Assembly (NCBI GenBank): GCA_002269645.1 | Contig: NIVC01003094.1 | Span: forward strand, 1-64,000 | DNA length: 64,000 bases | Source of the DNA: Macrostomum lignano | Taxonomy: Eukaryota | Direction of reading: 5' to 3' | Shown here: positions 57,071 through 64,000 of the stretch, piece after piece | Position numbering within the stretch: position 1 is the stretch's first letter | How the letters are laid out: each line of letters opens with the position of its first letter | Notes under the pieces: generated by a model | What the model was told of the DNA's origin: nothing | Seen by the model: only the letters and a program-made list of their open reading frames with translations | The model's database searches: none | Translations under genes and position numbers: made by a program

Positions 57071-59079
57071 GCCCTAACTCAATGTGGCACTTATTTATAT
57101 TTAATCTCTAATCCAAATATACTAAATCTCTAAGGTTTGTATGTTTGCTTGTCCATAACGCTCTAGTAGTATGCTAAAATTACTATATCTGCATGTACTA
57201 ATGAGGTAGAACTAGATTGCACAATCACTGTTCAAACTGCACACAGAATAGCCTGCGCAAAAAAGTTCAAATTAATTTCAATACACGACCCCATCTCTGT
57301 CTGTGACCCCTCTCTACTACATCTTTGTCTCTCCTGCATCGAAGTTCTGATAGTTTAAATCAAAGCGACTTCTTTTCCAGCTTTGCATAACATTATCTGC
57401 ATAAATTAGCTACTCCAGCAATAGCATATTGTCGGGCAAGGTAACAAAAATTTATCACTTTTTTAGAATGAATGCATTGACAGCTGGCTTGGTCAGCCAA
57501 CTGTCTCAGGGTTGTTATTAAATCAAGATAAAAAGCAAATACTCCACCCAGTTACCACGAATAGATCGAATAGTAACAAAAAACAGCTGTACTTGACTTT
57601 TATCTCTTATAGGTTCTGACTTCATCGCTATAGCTATAGCTACAGCCTACATGCAACGGCCGTGCATTTTTAATACCAAGCCATAAATCTTGAACGGAAC
57701 GAGGGGCGTACTCAAAAAATTTAGGGGGGGGGGTTTGTTACGGAGAGAGGTGGCACTGGCAGACCCCGGAATTTTCCTCCCTCGACCCCTCCCCCTCTGG
57801 GTGCAACCCCTGAACTGCATGGACTCGAGTCGAGCTTAAAAAACTGTTTGTATATATAACTGTGAGTTCCAATTAACGTACTGAATTCAAGAGGAGGGCA
57901 CAAAAAAGATTTGGATAGTAACGCATTTTTTACGAGGGGCCGGCGTTAGTGATATAGCTATCAAATATTCCAAAATAGCTGCAGGTAATAAATATTAGTG
58001 TGATGCAATTGAATTTCCGAGCAACGTATGTGGGCGCGGCATCTATATTGTAGTTGGTGTTCCCATGTGTAGAAGTGCAACCAAACAAGGCCCCCGGATC
58101 TGCCAAGTGCAGCATGAGCATGAGGTCATGACCTCAGAATAACATACAAACTTTGATGGGACTAAAAGTTGCATCCCAGATGGGACTATGTAAAATAAAA
58201 AAATGATTATGCCTTTGGTCCGATCTTATGGTATTTTGCATATTTCGAACGCATGTCCGCATAGTAGCTACATGTACTACTGTACTAACAGATAAATGCA
58301 AGCATTTTGCAAAAGTATGCAACCATTGTTTTCTCACAATTTGTTCGCAAATCTCCCTTCCATCTGCCCTATCCACTGATATCTTCAAGGTTGCAGGTTT
58401 TTTCACCAAATTCCAGCATCTCCACCGCATGGACTCCCGAAATATAAACGGAGCGAGCAGCTTATACGAGTTTATGCCGGTGCCCTTCCCAAAGTTTATT
58501 GGCAAGATTTAGAAAAATATGTTCTTCGCTAATATCACATCTTTCTAATATATCACATCACACCACATTACTTATTTGCGAGCGGCAAGGCTACATGCAG
58601 TTTGTGCTTTACTCGTAAAAACGGCTTTGATTTCGCAAATATTTCCTTTTGCATAACGCTGAATGTGATTTCAGCTGCGGAAATTTAAAAAAATTTGACT
58701 GCTATTGATAATTCCTGATCGGCTAGAAAAAACGTCACAGATAGAATGGATAACGTGTACATGTACATGTATCTTGCACTTATATGCACATACGTGCATC
58801 TCACATGTATTACATGTATTACATTACATATATCAAGAAGTTTGGTACATGTATATTTTGGAGAGATGTCAGAATGTCAGAATCAGTATTTATCGATCAG
58901 TACCCTTTGAAAAAATGCATGTACATGTAGCTCACACTGTACCTGTGCAAAGTTGCCGCAGTGCGCGAGAGTAAACTATATTTGCATTTAAAAATCGGAG
59001 GCAAAAGATCAAATGTGTGAAAAATGCTGTAATTTGTGTATTATAGTGCCTGAAATTCAGAAATGAATTAAAAGCGCGA

Positions 59080-59400
59080 GAATGAGTGAGTGAGAGAGAA
59101 AGCGAGAATATAGGAGTGAGGGTGAGAGAGTGAGTGAGTGAGTGAGAGAGTGAGTGAGTGAGTGAGTGAGAGAGAGTGAGAGAGAGAGAAAGCGAGAATA
59201 TAGGAGTGAGGGTGAGTGAGGGTGAGTAAGTGAGTGAGTGAGAGAGAGTGAGTGAGAGAGAAAGCGAGAATATAGGAGTGAGGGTGAGAGAGTGAGTGAG
59301 TGAGAGAGAGAGAAAGAGAGAGAGTGAGTGAGTGAGTGAGTGAGAGAGTGAGTTAAAGAGAGAGTGAGAGAGAGAGAGAGAGTGAGTGAGAGAGTGAGAG
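59080..59400. repeat. GA/GAGT-rich microsatellite
   Basis: Direct reading. Confidence 0.9.
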
Positions 59401-62400
59401 ATCTCCTAACCCCCGGATCCATATATTCTCTCAAATTACATGTGCATGTACATTTACTCTCATCCCCTCCCTTTGCTTTCACCAAAATTCTCGGCTTTGA
59501 GTACACAATAAAATACACACAATAATGCTCGTACATTTACACAGACATTCTCATAGGCATTGGGCCTAAGATGCGCTTTTTCTGTTATGTGAGTGAACGA
59601 TAGTGGTTAACTTGCTTTCGTCAAAGCACATGTAAACCTTCGTCAAAATGAATGGCACCTCTAAATCCACGTACCATAGCACAATATCAAGCCGCTAGAT
59701 TTGTTTGTCCGTAATAATGCACTAGACGCACCCAGACGCCGAATATACACTCAAATAATCGTGCGAGCTCGTAAAAAAACTTTTCAAATTACAGCAACTT
59801 GCAATTGAACTTTTGAGAGGCTTTTTGAAAGTGAAGTTAAAATTAATTACTCAAGCTTTTGCTCTCAAAAGCATTATTCATGCTCATCCACTGCTAAAAG
59901 TAACAAATTGTGCTTTTGTTAAAGATATTTTTAAAATTGCCCTTGTTGACTTGCAATCGTTTTGGGCCACTTAATTATTCATCTTATTCCTGACCAATCT
60001 TGGGACGCTTCTTCCTCATCTAACTCCACAACCCATCACAACCAATAGCAATGCTGGAAGATTGGTAGCTCCCCCTCAATTCCAGTAGCCAGTAAGAGCT
60101 GTGGCGGTCTTGGTGTGTGGCGGTCTTGGTCATGCGCCCTATGAGTATGACATTTGCCTTTGGCTTTAAAATGGTTTATGGTTATAAGCTTGCTTTTGAA
60201 AAATTGGCTTTTAGCAAGCCTTATAATATGGCCAATGAACTTTCCTTACATTTTATTCGTATCTTTTCGCCATCTTTTTATTCTTACTTTTTTATAGGCC
60301 TATTTTTCTTATAAAGTTTGTTATTGTAGAAAACATTACATAGGCCTATAAAGTTTACAATAAAAAAGATATACCTAGGCCTAAACACTATATAGTGCAC
60401 CACTGGAAATTTCTTAAAATATCATTGTTGCACTTATCAAGGTCTAGGGTCGATAAGAAGTAACAATAACAGGATTGCACCCTACGAGTACGCCTGACAC
60501 TGTGCAATGAAATGTATGGTTTTTTATAGAAAACAAAAATGTATTCAGCAGCTGAGTCAGCTGAAGAGCTAGTCTGACAAGACTGACCTTAGATAGGCGT
60601 AGATCGTCTTTATCCTCTTTCATATCGTATCAGGCTAGGTAGGCTAGCAATCAACAAGATGTGAAATCTGAAAAAGAACGTTACTGTACTTTTCAAACTT
60701 GTATGTTTCTTAGAAAAAATAATCGTGCTTCTAAATATAACACATAAAAGATGTGCGTAGGACTTAAATATTTACTAATTTGTATTAAAATTTCCTATCT
60801 TAATTAGATTTTTAGGCCTTTTTGTGTGCTATAAGTAGGCACGAAATTGTGTTCTAAACTTTTGTTGAGTAAGTGTTGAGTTTAAATTATCTTTTTAACT
60901 GTAAATCAACTTGAGTTTATACTACATATATGACTTTGACTTGGGGAAAAATAATATCAATTTCAAGAGTAGTGATCGAATGATCTAATTAGGCCTAATG
61001 ACAGTCATAATCGTACCTTAATTATGTATAGATCAAAAGGACTACTTAAGCAGTCCTTGATGCATCCATCCCTGTGTGTATGTCCATGTTACCTTGTATA
61101 GATATATTTAATTTTAAGTTTTTTGTCTAATGATAAGACATTTTAGTGCCTTCCCCTTAGGAAATTAGAATAGGCCTAGGCTATGGAATGCAAATCAGGC
61201 TTTCAACTTTCAAGTCTGTGTCTTTGCATATTTAGACCTGTAAACTTTAACTCTAGCTATTGTATAGGCCTAATATTGATAGAGCAATAAGAAAGGCACA
61301 ACATATCACAAGATGAACACTGGAACTGCCTCCTAGCCTATCAAAAGCAATTTAGGCCTAACATTTTTTGTGCCGAAAAAATGGAAACTTCCTATCTCCG
61401 TAGTGTATTTTTTCGGGAAAACCTGCCTTTTAAAATTTTCTAAGAAATGAGGTTTCCTGTCGTTCTACTTAAGTCATCCTTGTCTATGTTATGCACATTG
61501 CACATAATGGTCTATATGTACAAAATATTAGGCCCTACATTTCAATAAAAGTTTGTATAGATAAAGTAAGACAGATTATAGATAGGCTTAGAGTAAATTT
61601 GCTAATAATTACAATTACAAGACAATATCACAATGATAATGTAATGATAATAGGCAGCCTAGGGAGTAGGGACTATCAACTTGATAATAGACCTAGGAGA
61701 TGAGATAAAATGTCTAAACTAATAATACTAACTAGGTCTACTAGGATGTTGAAGAATCTAAAACTAAGTCATATACTCATATCATATAGATATAGGCTAT
61801 AGCCATTATGCACAATGCAGTACTATATAAGCTAGGCAGTCTTACTTATACCTAACTCAATATAGGCCTAACATAGGCCTATCTATTGATAGATATCCAG
61901 AATCCAGGATAGGCCATAAGCGATGGATATCTTGCATGCTTTAACTATTGAATGAAAGACTTGACAATGTTGACTACTCTACTCTGTCACTCTGACTGTG
62001 CTCTATCTACCTACATCATTATCCATACTATAACATTAACAACAATGCAACTAATCATGCAAAGCTTATAATTTTTTAGTGTGAAGTGAAACGTGTTTAA
62101 AAAAATTTGAGTGACCTAACAAAGCTGAGCTAAAGCTATGCAAGGAGACAGGGCTGTGCTTTTTATAACTGGTCATAATTATTATTTAAAAATATGGAAA
62201 AAAAATCTTAAGCCTATCATGCACATCCAACTTCGTGGTGAAGGGGCTAGTGTCCATTTAAGGATGTACTGTCCTGCTGTGTGCTTGCTTCTTAAACTTG
62301 TCCATCTAATTTTGCTAGCCTATCCACACCTGCTTTATTGCATCATGTTAGCTTAATTAATTTAATTCTACCCTCTTTCTGTATTATTGCCTTATGATGC

Positions 62401-62989
62401 TGATTGCTCAGCGAAACATGTCACGAAAACATCAATAAAACTCTATGGTTTAAAGAAAAAGAAAATAAAGAAGAAAACATGTGCGAATGTTCGATTTTGC
62501 GTTCATTTTCCTATAGCATTCCTAAAACGGTGGTGTACCCAACCTCAACTCTAAGAAATCCGGACTTTTTGCTGGCTCTCAATCAGAGACTTTATAAATT
62601 GAGAAAAAAAATAAAAAAATAAAAATAATAAAAAACTAAAAGTGATGTTTCCTCAAGCTGCTAAATTAAGTATTCCATTCCATAATTTAATGTCAGAAGT
62701 GACTGCAATACCAAACTTTCCAGCCAAAAAATTGTTTTTCCCGAACCAGACATTTATATTACATACTCGTATGCACACACCACATTAAGAAAATCAAGCT
62801 GATCTCTAAGGCCCACAGGGCAATATAAGAGCCAACCATGCTGGGACTACTTGCGTGGCATAGCCCTAGAGTACACTCTGGCAAAATTCAGAGTGCACTC
62901 TAGGCCAAAGTGCACTATCTCTGCACTATCCCAAAGTTGTACTATCTCAATGTGCACTCTAGGCCTGAGTGCACTCTGGCCAAAGTGCA

Positions 62990-63650
62990 CTATCCTTCGA
63001 AACCGCATTCAACTCATCATCAACCACAGGCTTCTCAACATCCAGAGCGGCTTTCGATCTGGACGCTGTGATCATCATTGACACCTGCGATCGAGACTCG
63101 CCAAAAGGCGGTGTCAATTGTTTTTGTAGATTTCTGCAAAGCTTTTGACTCCGTCAGCCCCGCGGGCGGCCATTGCCTGCAGCTCCTCCAGCAGCATGGA
63201 GTTCCTCAGCTGCTGTTTCAGGCGATCATGGACCTCTACAGCTCGTCCAAGGCTTTTTTCCAGACTGAACACGGCCCTACACCTGAATTTGCCACCACCT
63301 CCGATCTGGGGTCCTGCAAGGTGACCCTATCACCGTTTCTATTCGTTATCCTGATTGACTACGTCATGCGGCTGGCTCTGCGCGACGAAGACGGCTATGA
63401 AGTGGTGCCTCGCCGCAGCTCCCGCTTTCCCTGTGTCAAGCTGACCTGCCTCGCCTTCGCCGACGACTTGGCGCTGACCTGCTGCAGCCCCGGAGCTGCG
63501 CAGAGGGCGGTGAGTCGGCTGGCTGACGAGGGGAAGCGCGTGGGGCTCCACATCAAATAGGCTCGTACAGCAAGACAGAGGTGCTGCATTTTGGCATTGC
63601 CAACTCTCCACCGCCGCTGCTTCTACCGGACGGCAACACCATCAGACCTG
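62990..63650 (+). mobile_element. Degenerate non-LTR retrotransposon (RTE-like) reverse transcriptase fragment
   Basis: QSGFRSGR; VFVDFCKAFDSVS; GVLQGD(T)LSPFLF recoverable across frameshifts; LAFADDLAL; VGLHI followed by a stop. Confidence 0.85.
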
Positions 63651-64000
63651 AGTGTGGGCTCTGCCGCTGAGGATCGAGTAGGTCTACCAGCGGATAAATA
63701 TCGGGCCACCAAAGTGGGTTGATAAAATTCCCAAGGGGTTTAGAGGGCCCTTTTGGAGATGGGTGTCTTTACTGCAAATGTCGCAACTACTACACGGCTT
63801 GACTCCGGCCAACCGGCTGTAGACCTGCGGTTTTAGAGATGGGATCTTGCCAACGAGGTCGCACGTACTAGCATGAGAGCGAACACTTCTTACAGCGTGA
63901 AATCTAGCTTAGCAACAATTCATGGACCTTTTAGACTACAGTATATAACAGTAGGGACGGCAAGCGGAAATTTTACGTTACTTAGAAAATCGAAGAGGAA

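Larger units (their letters stand above)
54483..60138. mobile_element. Candidate ~5.6 kb TIR-bounded DNA element (non-autonomous or decayed)
   Basis: ACCAAGACCGCCACACACCAAGACCGCCAC at 54491-54520 is the exact reverse complement of 60101-60130. Both ends also share GGGGGAGCTA. No TSD found. Confidence 0.6.

Noticed and set aside
57703-57812. Third copy of the hAT-like MITE
   Set aside because: Ends (GAGGGGCGTAC / GTGCAACCCCTG) are only loosely inverted, with no TSD or shared internal sequence.
58134-58505. FLYWCH-like domain (MRWRC) in a 123-aa ORF
   Set aside because: A single short motif without the rest of the Cys/His pattern; unsupported.

Overview
Eukaryotic (metazoan) genomic window. 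GC-rich exons, short introns and a minisatellite in almost every intron suggest a free-living flatworm such as Macrostomum; this is an inference, not a database match. Left third (2-21.5 kb): four complete, head-to-tail, minus-strand Cys-loop (nAChR-like) ligand-gated channel genes (A-D). Their extracellular domains are only about one-third identical and have lost the acetylcholine-binding residues (loop A Tyr, loop B Trp, loop C vicinal Cys). Their M1-M3 pore exons, and the (CAGCA)n-containing intron between them, are near-identical at nucleotide level with mosaic SNPs, which points to a pore homogenised by gene conversion attached to hypervariable ligand-binding domains. This is the best candidate for an undescribed system (a possible chemosensory receptor array). 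Middle: a 12-exon MATE/SLC47 transporter, an intronless divergent Rab, ANAPC5 (multiple frameshifts, probably consensus errors), an unknown ORF, and PIG-M with an internally deleted BEL/Pao LTR element in intron 1. Two hAT-like MITE copies carry an expandable 21-bp internal array. Right quarter (47.6-64 kb): gene-poor, with two blocks almost free of CpG, satellites, a ~5.6 kb TIR-bounded element holding a PHD-finger exon, and an RTE-like reverse transcriptase relic. All exon coordinates were read by hand.
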